Of a DNA stretch of 64,000 bases, positions 16,267 to 26,110 are shown piece after piece (position 1 is the stretch's first letter; the number at the start of each line of letters is the position of its first letter). The stretch is taken from NCBI GenBank assembly GCA_944326855.1, contig CALVFO010000018.1, forward strand, positions 26,766 through 90,765. The letters run 5' to 3'. Below the pieces are notes generated by a model. It was not told the origin of the DNA. It made no database searches and worked only from the letters and a program-made list of their open reading frames with translations. Origin of the DNA: an uncultured Alistipes sp. GTDB taxonomy: Bacteria > Bacteroidota > Bacteroidia > Bacteroidales > Rikenellaceae. The position numbers and the translations under genes were made by a program.

Positions 16267-18759
16267 CTATACCTCCAGATTCACAACGGTAATTCCCGCA
16301 CCGCCATGTTGTTCATGTTCGTCTTTAGCACTGGATACCAACGGTATCGCCCGCAGATATTTGCGGATTTCCTCTTTGAGAGCTCCGGTTCCCTTGCCGT
16401 GCAGAATCCGCACTTCACCGATTCCCAACATAATGGCATCGTCGATAAACTCCTGCACCTGTTCCAGGGCTTCGGCCACACGCATCCCCCGAACGTCGAT
16501 CTGCTGCGTAAAATGAGCCCGACGCTGCATGGTGTCAAAATTCGTCTTGGGGGCCGGACGCGTATTCCGGGTCGCTTTTTTATACTCGGCATTGGAGATC
16601 GCCTCCAAACGGGCGAGTTCGACCACCGTACGGATCTGACCGAAACCTACCGTTGCCTTTTTCCCCTTGATTTCCAACACTTCACCCACAGCGTCCTGTC
16701 CCTGAATACGTACCTTGCCGCCCAGTTCGACAACCCGAGGCACCACCAGATCGGCCTTGCTCGGTTTTTCTTCGGCCGCTGCAGCCGCCTTTTCTTCACG
16801 TCGTTGCGCCCGACGACGTTCCCGTTCCTGCAACTGGGCAATCTTACGATCGATCGCCGAAGTGTCGGCCGACTCTTCCTGCAACGACTCCTTGAAAGCA
16901 TCCATCTTGCGACGTACGATCAACGTCTGCTCCCGATCGGCCTGCGACTCTTTGATCACCCGAATCGTGTTCTCGATCTGTTTGTTCGCCTCGGCCGTAA
17001 TCTGCTGCGCCTCGATCCGGGCCTGTTTGATCAGCCGATTGCGTTCCTCCTTGATCTGTTCCAGTTCCGTCTTGTACTTCTCGGCCAGCTCATCCACCCG
17101 TTTTTCGGTCTGATGAATCTTGTCGCGTTTCTGTTCCCAATAGCGTCTGTCGCGAGCGATCTCACGCAACTGACGCTCCATGTCGATATGTTCGCTGCCC
17201 ACCTTTTCCGAGGCCGAACGAATGATCTCTTCGGGCAGGCCGATCTTGCGGGCGATCTCGATGGCAAACGAACTGCCCGGCTTGCCCATATCCAGTCGGA
17301 ACAGCGGACGGATATTCTGCACATCGAAAGTCATCGCCCCGTTGAGAATGCCTTCAGCTCCGCTGGCATAATATTTCAGGTTGGCATAATGCGTCGTAAT
17401 AACGCCGAAACAACCTTTCTGCACCAGCTTTTCCAACACCGACTCGGCGATGGCGCCCCCGATGGTCGGCTCGGTTCCGGTTCCGAATTCGTCGATCAGG
17501 ATCAGCGAACGCTGATCGGCATGACGCAGGAACATTTTCATATTGAGCAGATGAGAGCTGTATGTACTCAGATCGTTATCGATCGACTGTTCGTCACCGA
17601 TATCGATAAACAGGCCGGTAAAGATACCCATCTCCGAATTTTCGGAGGCCGAGATCAAAAATCCGCACTGCATCATGTACTGCAACAGCCCCACCGTCTT
17701 CAGGCATACCGATTTTCCTCCGGCATTGGGGCCGGAAATCAACAGAATGTGTTTTTCGGGCGTCAGGGTCAAATCGAGCGGTACGACCTCCTTGTTTTCC
17801 CGTTTGAGCGTCTGGGCCAACAGGGTATGGCGCGCCCGGATCAGATGGACGGAACTGCCTTCCTCCACAATGGGCAGGGTGCAATCGTTCGCCACGGCAT
17901 ACTGAGCCTTGGCCCGAATGAAGTCGATGGTGGTCAGGTAGTCTCCCGAGGCTTCCATACCCGGCACATCGGGACGAATCGTATCGCTGAAACGCATCAA
18001 CACCTTGATAACCTCACGACGTTCCTCGTACTCCAGTTCCTTCAACTCATTATTGAGCTCAACCACTTCAATCGGCTCAATATAAACCGTTTTACCCGTA
18101 GCTGACTCATCATGAACAAACCCTTTGAGTTTGCGTTTGTTGACCGCCGCAACCGGAATCACCGCCCGACCTTCACGAATCGAGATCGCCGCATCCCCTT
18201 CGACCAGACCCGCCGCCTGTGCCTGGCTCATAATCTGTTGCAGACGTCTGGAAATCTGTCCCTCACGATCACGAACAGCCTTACGGAGGGCATACAGTTC
18301 GGGGGAAGCGTTGTCTTTGACCTTACCGAAACGGTCGACGATGGAATCGATGTGATTAATAATAGCCGGAAATCCCTCCACATCGCGACTGAGCCAATGA
18401 AGACGCGGATAGGTCTCTGCATCCCGATTGCGGAAAAAAGTCACCAAATCGTTCACGGCCTCCAGTCCCCGGCGCAGGGCGATGATCTGCTCCACATCCA
18501 GAAACGTGCCTTCGACCTCGATTTTTTTGAGCAGCGGGTGCAAATCCACGTAATCGGCCCTCGGGAAATCGGCCTCCATCATCAGCACCGTACGCATCTC
18601 GAAGGTCTCCTCCAACAAACGTACGATAGCACGACGATCGGTCAGGAAACGAACCTGATGCAATTTCTCGACAGCCCCCTGCGTAATACACAAAGCTTCG
18701 ACCTGTTCTTTCACACGGTCGAAGCCTATTTTACTTTCGAAATTATCCGGATAAATCAT
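16267..18759 (-). CDS. mutS2: Endonuclease MutS2 (MutS-family ATPase with C-terminal Smr domain)
   Basis: ORF 16267..18759, 830 aa. It has the Walker A motif ISGPNAGGKSV, a long coiled-coil region and a C-terminal Smr domain (IDVRGMRVAEALEQV...LHGKGTGALK). Confidence 0.93.
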   Translation of the reverse strand: MIYPDNFESKIGFDRVKEQVEALCITQGAVEKLHQVRFLTDRRAIVRLLEETFEMRTVLMMEADFPRADYVDLHPLLKKIEVEGTFLDVEQIIALRRGLEAVNDLVTFFRNRDAETYPRLHWLSRDVEGFPAIINHIDSIVDRFGKVKDNASPELYALRKAVRDREGQISRRLQQIMSQAQAAGLVEGDAAISIREGRAVIPVAAVNKRKLKGFVHDESATGKTVYIEPIEVVELNNELKELEYEERREVIKVLMRFSDTIRPDVPGMEASGDYLTTIDFIRAKAQYAVANDCTLPIVEEGSSVHLIRARHTLLAQTLKRENKEVVPLDLTLTPEKHILLISGPNAGGKSVCLKTVGLLQYMMQCGFLISASENSEMGIFTGLFIDIGDEQSIDNDLSTYSSHLLNMKMFLRHADQRSLILIDEFGTGTEPTIGGAIAESVLEKLVQKGCFGVITTHYANLKYYASGAEGILNGAMTFDVQNIRPLFRLDMGKPGSSFAIEIARKIGLPEEIIRSASEKVGSEHIDMERQLREIARDRRYWEQKRDKIHQTEKRVDELAEKYKTELEQIKEERNRLIKQARIEAQQITAEANKQIENTIRVIKESQADREQTLIVRRKMDAFKESLQEESADTSAIDRKIAQLQERERRRAQRREEKAAAAAEEKPSKADLVVPRVVELGGKVRIQGQDAVGEVLEIKGKKATVGFGQIRTVVELARLEAISNAEYKKATRNTRPAPKTNFDTMQRRAHFTQQIDVRGMRVAEALEQVQEFIDDAIMLGIGEVRILHGKGTGALKEEIRKYLRAIPLVSSAKDEHEQHGGAGITVVNLEV

Positions 18760-18812
18760 GGGTTATTCAAAACTCACCCCAACGGGGTATGGTCCGTCTC
18801 TGGTTTTCTGCG

Positions 18813-19766
18813 TCAGTCACGATCGCGCCCGCCCCCGAACACCGAAATATTGATATAGCGTTTGGGATGCAGACGGATATCTTCCAACAGAGCCGACAGG
18901 TTCGCACTCGAAGCCGCCAAGGAATCGTACAGGCGGCGATCATTCAGCAACAGAGCCGCCGACCCATCTCCGTTATTGAGTTTATCGAGGGTTGCATTCA
19001 ACGAAGCGACCGTCACAGACATCCGATCGACCAGGGTAGGGAGTTCCACCCGGCGCAACGAATCGCTGAATTGCGTCATGTTTCCCATCAGCGTATCGAT
19101 ACGTCCGCTCTGGGCGCTGAGTGCAGCCGTCAGGTCGTTCATATTGGAGATCATTTGGCGCATCGTCTGTTTTTCACCGGCCACCACTTCATTCAGATTG
19201 CCGGTAATCGACGCCACGTTACTGAACGTGGCATCCAAATGCGCCTTATTGTCGATCAGCACGGCATTGAGGCCTTGCAACGTGGCCATAACCTGGTTGA
19301 TCAAATCGTTGGCCCGTTGTTTCAAAAACTCGAATTCATTGCCGGCCACTTCCAGAAAATCCTGATTGATTTCCGAGTGCAGCGTATCTCCGGCCTGCAA
19401 AAATTCCGGGCTGTCACCCAGCTCGATTTCCACGGCCTTGCCCCCCATAAAACCATCGCTAAAAATACGGGCTTTGGAGTTCAAGGGAATACGGTACTTG
19501 GATTTGATCGAGAACTCCACAATGACATTCCGCGACACGGAAGGATCATAATCCATACCCGAGATACTACCTACTTTATAGCCTTTAATGACAATCGACG
19601 AGGCGGGTTGCAGACCGTTCACCTGATCATAAACGGCATAATATTTCGTCGAGGAGGAAAAAATATCGCTTCCTTTGAGAAAATTGACGCCCCAATACAA
19701 CAAAGCAAGCATCGCGATCCCAAAAAAACCGATTTTAAATTCCCGGCTCAGCTTCAATTTTTTCAT
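18813..19766 (-). CDS. MlaD/MCE family protein
   Basis: ORF 18813..19766. It has an N-terminal TM anchor followed by the MCE domain pattern YYAVYDQVNGLQPASSIVIKGYKVGSI. Confidence 0.8.
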   Translation of the reverse strand: MKKLKLSREFKIGFFGIAMLALLYWGVNFLKGSDIFSSSTKYYAVYDQVNGLQPASSIVIKGYKVGSISGMDYDPSVSRNVIVEFSIKSKYRIPLNSKARIFSDGFMGGKAVEIELGDSPEFLQAGDTLHSEINQDFLEVAGNEFEFLKQRANDLINQVMATLQGLNAVLIDNKAHLDATFSNVASITGNLNEVVAGEKQTMRQMISNMNDLTAALSAQSGRIDTLMGNMTQFSDSLRRVELPTLVDRMSVTVASLNATLDKLNNGDGSAALLLNDRRLYDSLAASSANLSALLEDIRLHPKRYINISVFGGGRDRD

Positions 19767-19799
19767 ATTTCCGTATTTTTCTGTGTTTCACTGTCGATT

Positions 19800-20948
19800 T
19801 TATTCGCGTTGACGAGCCTCCTGCACACTGATCGTCCGTTCCCCTTCAAAGGCCACCACAAAAGCATCGCGAATCTGTTTTCTCACTTCGGACTGCAAAG
19901 ATAATGCTTCCCGGTAAGAAGCGACCTCTCCGACAAAGTATTTATAATTTCCAGCGATCACGATCTCTTTGACTTGTCCGCGATAAGTCCCGAAACGCGA
20001 AGAATTGCGAGGCACCTTTTTGGGTGAACTCATCACCTGAACCCGATAACAAATCGGAGCCTCCGAACGCGCTTCCTCCGAAATCGCCGCAGAAGCGGTC
20101 GACGGTTCAGAAGCATCCTCTTCCACGCTTTCTTCGGGCAGAACGATCAGTTTGCCTTTTCCTTCACTTTTCACCTTATATTCACTGAAAGCATTAAACA
20201 AGGAACGGGCCAATTTTTCCTGTCCGTTTTTGGTGGTTAATATTTTCCGGTCCTGCGGATTGGAGATGAAGCCCAGCTCCGTCAAAATACTCGGCATGGT
20301 GGCATACCACAGCACCAGAAAACCGGCCTGCTTCACCCCCCGGTTTCCCATGGGAAGATTCTGGGTGTAATGCTTCTGTACGATCGATGCCAGATTCAGG
20401 CTTTGTCCCTGATAGGAATACTGCATCAGCGAAAAGATGATGAACGATTCGGTAGAGCCCGGGGTATAACCCTGATAGCGGGTTTTGTAATCCTCTTCAT
20501 AGACGATCACGTCATTTTCCTTCATGGCGAGTTCGAGGTTCTGCTGTGCCTTCGAAACCCCCATCACGAAGGTCTCCGTACCCGACGCCTGAGAACTTTT
20601 GGCGCCGTTCACATGAATGGATATAAACAGATCGGCCGCTGCCTTGTTGGCTTTATCGGCCCGGTCGGCCAGATTGACTCGAACGTCCGTCGTCCGCGTG
20701 TAAATCACCGATACGTCCGGGTAATTGGCTTCGATCAGACGTCCCAGACGCAAAGCCACAGCCAGATTGATATCTTTTTCCTTGAATTGTCCGTAGTGAG
20801 TTCCGGGATCATTCCCGCCATGTCCGGCATCGATCACCACCTTGTTGACGCCGGCCGTTCGAACGGCCTGAGCATCGGCCGAGAGTGCCAAAACAAAAAA
20901 TCCCACCACACATGAAACAGCGAAAAGAATCGGTTTTGGTACTTTCAT
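19800..20948 (-). CDS. N-acetylmuramoyl-L-alanine amidase (Amidase_3) with a C-terminal SPOR-like domain
   Basis: ORF 19800..21074. The likely start is M43 at 20948 (MKVPKPILFAVSCVVGFFVLALSADA signal peptide). VVIDAGHGGNDPGT is the Amidase_3 motif, and the C-terminal YRVQVMSS...FVGEVASYREA region resembles SPOR. Confidence 0.88.
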   Translation of the reverse strand: MKVPKPILFAVSCVVGFFVLALSADAQAVRTAGVNKVVIDAGHGGNDPGTHYGQFKEKDINLAVALRLGRLIEANYPDVSVIYTRTTDVRVNLADRADKANKAAADLFISIHVNGAKSSQASGTETFVMGVSKAQQNLELAMKENDVIVYEEDYKTRYQGYTPGSTESFIIFSLMQYSYQGQSLNLASIVQKHYTQNLPMGNRGVKQAGFLVLWYATMPSILTELGFISNPQDRKILTTKNGQEKLARSLFNAFSEYKVKSEGKGKLIVLPEESVEEDASEPSTASAAISEEARSEAPICYRVQVMSSPKKVPRNSSRFGTYRGQVKEIVIAGNYKYFVGEVASYREALSLQSEVRKQIRDAFVVAFEGERTISVQEARQRE

Positions 20949-21033
20949 ACGACAAACATTAGGGAACTCTTTTTTTTTAACTATTTTTGCCCATCGAACG
21001 GGATGCTTTGCAAAGGTAAATATTTGTAGGGAA

Positions 21034-23862
21034 TTGCGCATAAAAAAATCGAAATATATCTTGGCATTCGTCATGCTGATACTGCTTTCTCAAGCGGTTT
21101 TCAGTCGAAGTGCAAGTTTCGCATTTCCTGCGGAAAACACCTTTTTGCAGCCGCCTGCAACCGTTCAACCTTCTACAGCCGTTCAGACTCCGGAAGCCGT
21201 TCAACCTTCTGCAACCATTCAAGCACCGGAAGCCGTTTCCGAAACCACGCCTTCCGCATCCCAACCCGAAGAGACCGTTCCCGACACCCTGTCCGCCAGG
21301 AGCGACACCCTGTCCGCCAGGAGCGACACCCTCCGAACAGATTCCATCTATCGGAAGCCGTTTCTGGAGGACATAATTTCGGGGAACAACCAGGACTCGC
21401 TGGTGTACGATCTGCGTTCGAAAATCGTATACATTTACGAAAAGGGCGACATCAGATACCAAACCATGAATCTCAAGGCCGATTTCATGCAGATCAACAT
21501 GGAGACGAAGGAGGTCTTCGCCCACGGACGTCCCGATACGACCCAAACCCAACAACCGGAACAAGAAGACGTATGGAGCGAACAGGCCGTTGACACCCTG
21601 CCCAAAAACACCCGTCCCGAATTTATCGACGGGACCAGTTCCTACACCATGGATACGATCACCTACAACCTGGGCACGAAAAAAGCCCGGGTCAAAGGGG
21701 TGGCCACGCAACAAGGCGAGGGTTATCTGCAAGGGAAGAAAGTCAAGATGTTATCCGACAACACGATCAACATCGCCCAAGGACGTTATACCACCTGCGA
21801 CGCCGAAAACCCGCACTTTTACCTGGCCATGACCAAATCCAAAACCATTCCGAATAAAAAAACCGTTTTCGGCCCCGCCTACATCGTCATGGAAGACGTT
21901 CCCATCTATTTTCTCGGGTTGCCCTTCGGATTTTTTCCGATGTCATCGGGACGCCATTCGGGTTTCATCATGCCGGAATACGGCGAAGAAATGCGCAAAG
22001 GTTTCTTCATCCGCAACGGGGGTTATTACATCGCCCTGAACGATTATGTGGACCTGGCCGTTACGGGCGGCATCTACACCCAGGGATCATGGGAAGCCTC
22101 GCTGAGCTCCCAATACGTCAAACGATACAAATACCGAGGCAGTTTCACGTTCAATTTTTCCAAAGACAAAGTCGGTGAAGAAGGGGACAAGGACTTCTAT
22201 AACAACAACAACTTCCAGGTGGCCTGGACCCACACACAGGACCCCAAATTCAAACCGGGAACCACGTTTTCGGCCAGCGTCAATTTCTCCTCCAGCGGAT
22301 ACAACAAGTACAGCTCGCAGGACCTGAACCAATACCTGAGCAATCAAACCAACTCCAGTATCGCCTTCACGAAAAACTGGGCGGGCACTCCGTTCTCGTT
22401 CTCGACCAACTTCCAGCATTCGCAAAACTCCCGGGACTCCTCCATCCAGCTCACCTTCCCGAACATCGTATTCACGGCTTCGCGCATCACTCCCTTCCAA
22501 CGTAAAAATGCAGTCGGTCGAGCGAAGTGGTATGAAAAAATCTCGATGAGTTACAATTTCAAACTCACCAACAGCGTACGGGCCAAAGAAAACGAGCTGT
22601 TCTCGGAAAATACGTTAAAAAACATGTCGAGCGGAGTCAGCCACGAGATTCCGATCAACACATCATTCAACCTGTTGAAATATTTCAATTTCACGCCACA
22701 GTTCAACTACAACGAGAACTGGTATTTCCGTCGGATCGACAAGGAGTGGGATCCCATCCAGGAACAGGTGGTCAATGCCGACACGACCTACGGCTTTTAT
22801 CGGCTCTATAACTATCGCTTCAGTCTCTCCGCCTCGACCAAAATCTACGGGACCTATCAGTTCAAGAAGAAAGACGGGCTGATTCGGGCGATCCGCCACC
22901 TGATCACCCCGACGGCTTCATTCAACTACACGCCGGATTTCGGGAAGCCCGGTTATGGGTATTACAGCCAGGTGCAATGCGATACGGTCGGAAACATGCA
23001 GACCTACTCGCCCTTCGACGGCAATGCTTACAGCGTTCCCAGTAACGGGCCCACCATGGGACTCTCCTTCGGGCTGGTACAAAGCCTCGAAATGAAGGTC
23101 CGGGACCGTCGCGACACCTCCGGCATGCGCAAGATCAAACTCATCGACGAGTTTTCCATCACCTCCTCGTACAACTTCCTGGCTGAAGAGTTCAAACTGG
23201 CCCCCTTCAACGTTCGTTTCCGGACGACTCTTTATAAAAACGTTGCGCTGAACCTCTCCGCCGTCTTCGATCCCTACAAGCTGACCGAGGGGCTGAGAGA
23301 CCCCAACAAGCTGACCTTCCCGGGACGCCTGACCAATGCCAGTACGTCGTTCGGCTATTCGTTCAACTCCTCCAACCGGACCAGCCAAACCCCGGCGATC
23401 AACGACATCAACAGCGGGATCACCCTGCCGGCCGATCAACCGGACATGTTCGCCCAACCCGGTTTCAATGAGATGGATCCGGCTTTGCAGCGCCAGATCA
23501 TGACTTCGCGTTATTACGATTTCAGCATTCCCTGGAACTTCGGATTCAACTATTCGTTTTCCTATTCAAAACCCACCATCAAGAGCAATATCACCCAGAC
23601 GATCAACTTCAACGGCAGCGTCAACCTGACACCCAAATGGGGGATTACGTTCTCGGGGGGTTACGACCTTCAGGCCCGGAAGCTGACCCCGGGGACCATC
23701 ACCGTATCCCGCGACCTGCACTGCTGGCAGATGAATTTCAGCTGGATTCCGACCGGGTTCCTGCAAAGTTGGAGTTTCACCATCGCTGTGAAGGCCAGCA
23801 CCCTCAAAGACCTCAAATACGACCGTCGACGCAGCAATTACGACAGTATATACGACCAATAG
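21034..23862 (+). CDS. LPS-assembly outer-membrane protein, LptD/OstA-like (Bacteroidota type)
   Basis: ORF 21034..23862 (TTG start; ATG at 21073 is an alternative). It has a signal peptide, an OstA-like N-terminal region, YTTCDAENPHFYL...GRHSGFIMPEYG resembling the LptD core, and a long beta-barrel-like C-terminus. Confidence 0.8.
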   Translation: MRIKKSKYILAFVMLILLSQAVFSRSASFAFPAENTFLQPPATVQPSTAVQTPEAVQPSATIQAPEAVSETTPSASQPEETVPDTLSARSDTLSARSDTLRTDSIYRKPFLEDIISGNNQDSLVYDLRSKIVYIYEKGDIRYQTMNLKADFMQINMETKEVFAHGRPDTTQTQQPEQEDVWSEQAVDTLPKNTRPEFIDGTSSYTMDTITYNLGTKKARVKGVATQQGEGYLQGKKVKMLSDNTINIAQGRYTTCDAENPHFYLAMTKSKTIPNKKTVFGPAYIVMEDVPIYFLGLPFGFFPMSSGRHSGFIMPEYGEEMRKGFFIRNGGYYIALNDYVDLAVTGGIYTQGSWEASLSSQYVKRYKYRGSFTFNFSKDKVGEEGDKDFYNNNNFQVAWTHTQDPKFKPGTTFSASVNFSSSGYNKYSSQDLNQYLSNQTNSSIAFTKNWAGTPFSFSTNFQHSQNSRDSSIQLTFPNIVFTASRITPFQRKNAVGRAKWYEKISMSYNFKLTNSVRAKENELFSENTLKNMSSGVSHEIPINTSFNLLKYFNFTPQFNYNENWYFRRIDKEWDPIQEQVVNADTTYGFYRLYNYRFSLSASTKIYGTYQFKKKDGLIRAIRHLITPTASFNYTPDFGKPGYGYYSQVQCDTVGNMQTYSPFDGNAYSVPSNGPTMGLSFGLVQSLEMKVRDRRDTSGMRKIKLIDEFSITSSYNFLAEEFKLAPFNVRFRTTLYKNVALNLSAVFDPYKLTEGLRDPNKLTFPGRLTNASTSFGYSFNSSNRTSQTPAINDINSGITLPADQPDMFAQPGFNEMDPALQRQIMTSRYYDFSIPWNFGFNYSFSYSKPTIKSNITQTINFNGSVNLTPKWGITFSGGYDLQARKLTPGTITVSRDLHCWQMNFSWIPTGFLQSWSFTIAVKASTLKDLKYDRRRSNYDSIYDQ
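21161..21240 (+). repeat. 36-bp in-frame tandem repeat (about 2.2 copies) in the N-terminal linker of the LptD-like protein
   Basis: ccgttcaaccttct occurs at 21161 and 21197, and the units encode VQPSTAVQTPEA / VQPSATIQAPEA. Confidence 0.85.
21283..21333 (+). repeat. 21-bp perfect in-frame tandem repeat (2 full copies plus a 9-nt partial) in the LptD-like gene
   Basis: gacaccctgtccgccaggagc occurs at 21283-21303 and 21304-21324, then gacaccctc. It encodes DTLSARS DTLSARS DTL. Confidence 0.95.
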
Positions 23863-23934
23863 CCGGAGAATTTCGTTCTTCTTCGACAAGGGCGTTTCCC
23901 CGCATATTACGATTTCTATTTAGTTTGTTTTCCG

Positions 23935-26025
23935 ATGAAAAAAATTTTTGCGCTGATGATGACGCTTCCCATCTTGAATGCATGCACACAAGGCCAGTCA
24001 GACAACCCCTTACTGAAACCATTTGACGGATTGCACGGCACTCCGCCGTTTTCGTCCATCCGCATCGAAGATTATGCCCCGGCCTTCGAAGCGGCCATTG
24101 CCGATGCCCGTCTCGAAGTGAAAGCCATTGCCGAAAACCCCGAAGCACCCACCTTCGCCAACACCATCGAAGCGTTGGAATTCAGCGGGCAAAAACTCAG
24201 TGACATCAGTTCGATTTTCTTCAACCTGAACGAATCGAACACCAACGACACCATGCAGCAGCTCAGTCTCGAACTGAGTCCCAAACTGACCGAATTTCAT
24301 AACGACGTATCCCTGAATCCGGATCTTTTCCAACGGGTTCGCAGCGTATACGAAGGACGGGACACCTTGCAACTGACCCAGGAACAGGCCCAGCTGCTCG
24401 ACAAAACCTATAAAAGTTTCGCCCGCAACGGAGCCGCACTGTCCGACAGCAACAAGGAAACCTACCGCCAGTTGACTTCGGAATTGGCCCAACTCACCCT
24501 GCAATTCGGGCAAAACGTGCTGGCGGCCACCAACGCCTATACGCTCCACCTGACCGACTCCTCCCAACTGGAGGGACTGCCGGCATATGCGATCGAAGGG
24601 GCTGCCGCAGAAGCTCGGGAACGGAATCTGGAAGGTTGGGTCATCACGCTCCAGGCTCCGAGCATGATTCCCTTCATGACCTATTCGCCCAACCGGGAAT
24701 TGAAAGAACAGCTTTGGAGAGCCTACAATTCCCGTTGCAACGGAGGCGAATTCGACAATACGGCCCACATCAAACGCATCACCGAAATCCGTTTGCAACT
24801 GGCCAATCTGTTGGGATACGCCACCTATGCCGATTATGTATTGGAAGAACGCATGGCTGAAAATACGGCTACGGTCAATGAGTTCATGACTCAACTGCAA
24901 GGCAAATCGATCGTGGCTGCCCGTGCCGACGTCAAGGCCGTCAGCGATTACGCCCACAGTCAGGGAGCCAATTATGAACTGATGCCCTGGGATTTCGGCT
25001 ACTGGTCGGAAAAACTCAAGGAACAACGTTTCCAGTTGAGTGAAGAGATGACCAAACCCTATTTCAAGCTCGAAAACGTACAACGCGGCGTCTTTATGCT
25101 GGCCGAAAAACTCTACGGACTGACCTTTACCGAAAATCCGAATATCGAAGTGTATCATCCCGATGTCAAGGCTTTCGAAGTGAAAGACAGCAGCGGCCGT
25201 TTCATGGCGGTATTATATATGGACTACTTCCCTCGTGCCTCGAAACGGGGTGGGGCATGGATGACCGATTTTCGGAGTCAATCCATCCGAAACGGAGAGG
25301 AAACCCGTCCCCTGGTTTCGGTAGTCACCAACTTCACCAAACCGACCGACAGTCTGCCGTCGTTACTGACATTCGACGAAGTCACCACGCTGCTGCACGA
25401 ATTCGGACACGCCCTGCACGGCATGCTGGCCGAAGGCAGTTACCCCAGCCTGACCGGCACGTCGGTCTATTGGGATTTTGTGGAACTGCCTTCCCAACTG
25501 ATGGAAAACTGGGCCACCGAAAAAGAATTCCTCGACCTGTGGGCCGTTCATTATCAGGATGGCACACCCATTCCGGCCGAGTTGGTCAACAAAATCAAAG
25601 ATTCGAAAAACTACCTGGCTGCATACAGTCACGCCCGTCAGTTGAGTTTCGGGCTGGACGACATGGCCTGGCACAGCATCACCGCTCCGGTGGATGAAGA
25701 TGTCGTGACATTCGAGCGCCGCGCCATGCAACCGGTACAGGTTTTGCCGGTAGTCGACGGACAATGCGTGTCGACCTCGTTCAGTCACATTTTCGCCGGA
25801 GGCTATGCGGCGGGTTATTACAGCTACAAATGGGCCGAAGTGCTCGAAGCCGATGCTTTCTCGCTGTTCCGCGAAAAGGGCATCTTCAACCGGGAAGTGG
25901 CCAATTCATTCCGCCAAAACATTCTGTCGAAAGGAGGCAGCGAGCATCCGATGACCTTATACGTTCGTTTCCGGGGCCACAAACCCGACGTACAAGCCCT
26001 GTTCGACAAAATGGGAATTCAGTAA
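23935..26025 (+). CDS. dcp: M3 family metallopeptidase, peptidyl-dipeptidase Dcp type (lipoprotein signal)
   Basis: ORF 23935..26025, 696 aa. It has the HEFGHALH zinc motif and is colinear with E. coli Dcp along its length (for example FSHIFAGGYAAGYYSYKWAEVL). The N-terminus ends in the lipobox-like LNAC. Confidence 0.9.
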   Translation: MKKIFALMMTLPILNACTQGQSDNPLLKPFDGLHGTPPFSSIRIEDYAPAFEAAIADARLEVKAIAENPEAPTFANTIEALEFSGQKLSDISSIFFNLNESNTNDTMQQLSLELSPKLTEFHNDVSLNPDLFQRVRSVYEGRDTLQLTQEQAQLLDKTYKSFARNGAALSDSNKETYRQLTSELAQLTLQFGQNVLAATNAYTLHLTDSSQLEGLPAYAIEGAAAEARERNLEGWVITLQAPSMIPFMTYSPNRELKEQLWRAYNSRCNGGEFDNTAHIKRITEIRLQLANLLGYATYADYVLEERMAENTATVNEFMTQLQGKSIVAARADVKAVSDYAHSQGANYELMPWDFGYWSEKLKEQRFQLSEEMTKPYFKLENVQRGVFMLAEKLYGLTFTENPNIEVYHPDVKAFEVKDSSGRFMAVLYMDYFPRASKRGGAWMTDFRSQSIRNGEETRPLVSVVTNFTKPTDSLPSLLTFDEVTTLLHEFGHALHGMLAEGSYPSLTGTSVYWDFVELPSQLMENWATEKEFLDLWAVHYQDGTPIPAELVNKIKDSKNYLAAYSHARQLSFGLDDMAWHSITAPVDEDVVTFERRAMQPVQVLPVVDGQCVSTSFSHIFAGGYAAGYYSYKWAEVLEADAFSLFREKGIFNREVANSFRQNILSKGGSEHPMTLYVRFRGHKPDVQALFDKMGIQ

Positions 26026-26070
26026 CAAAGACCTCTGCCCGCGCGAAGCGGTCCGGTTTTTGCAAGATCA

Positions 26071-26110
26071 ATCGGAGCATGAACATCCAACCCTCATGCT
26101 CCGATTTTTT
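26071..26110 (+). terminator. Rho-independent terminator after dcp, abutting the next start codon
   Basis: 12-bp stem atcggagcatga / tcatgctccgat followed by T6, immediately before ATG 26111. Confidence 0.75.

Noticed and set aside
14099-19904. Series of long plus-strand ORFs (14099..15094, 15632..16516, 16264..18105, 18112..18858, 18789..19904)
   Set aside because: All of them lie antisense to murF-alr, mutS2 and the MlaD-family gene, which have unambiguous motifs. Their compositions are low-complexity (R/G/H/Q/D-rich) and no family is recognisable.
20977-21732. 251-aa minus-strand ORF with striking internal repeats (GVAPGGQ x2; RRLNG x4)
   Set aside because: The repeats are the reverse-complement reading of the two tandem DNA repeats inside the LptD-like gene. 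The ORF overlaps the amidase/LptD promoter region and the LptD signal peptide, so it is an artefact.
26071-26110. Terminator hairpin abutting the ATG of the next gene as a possible translational or riboswitch-like control element
   Set aside because: The hairpin with its T6 tail is a standard intrinsic terminator for dcp. I see no alternative pairing with the downstream start region, so the close packing is more parsimonious.
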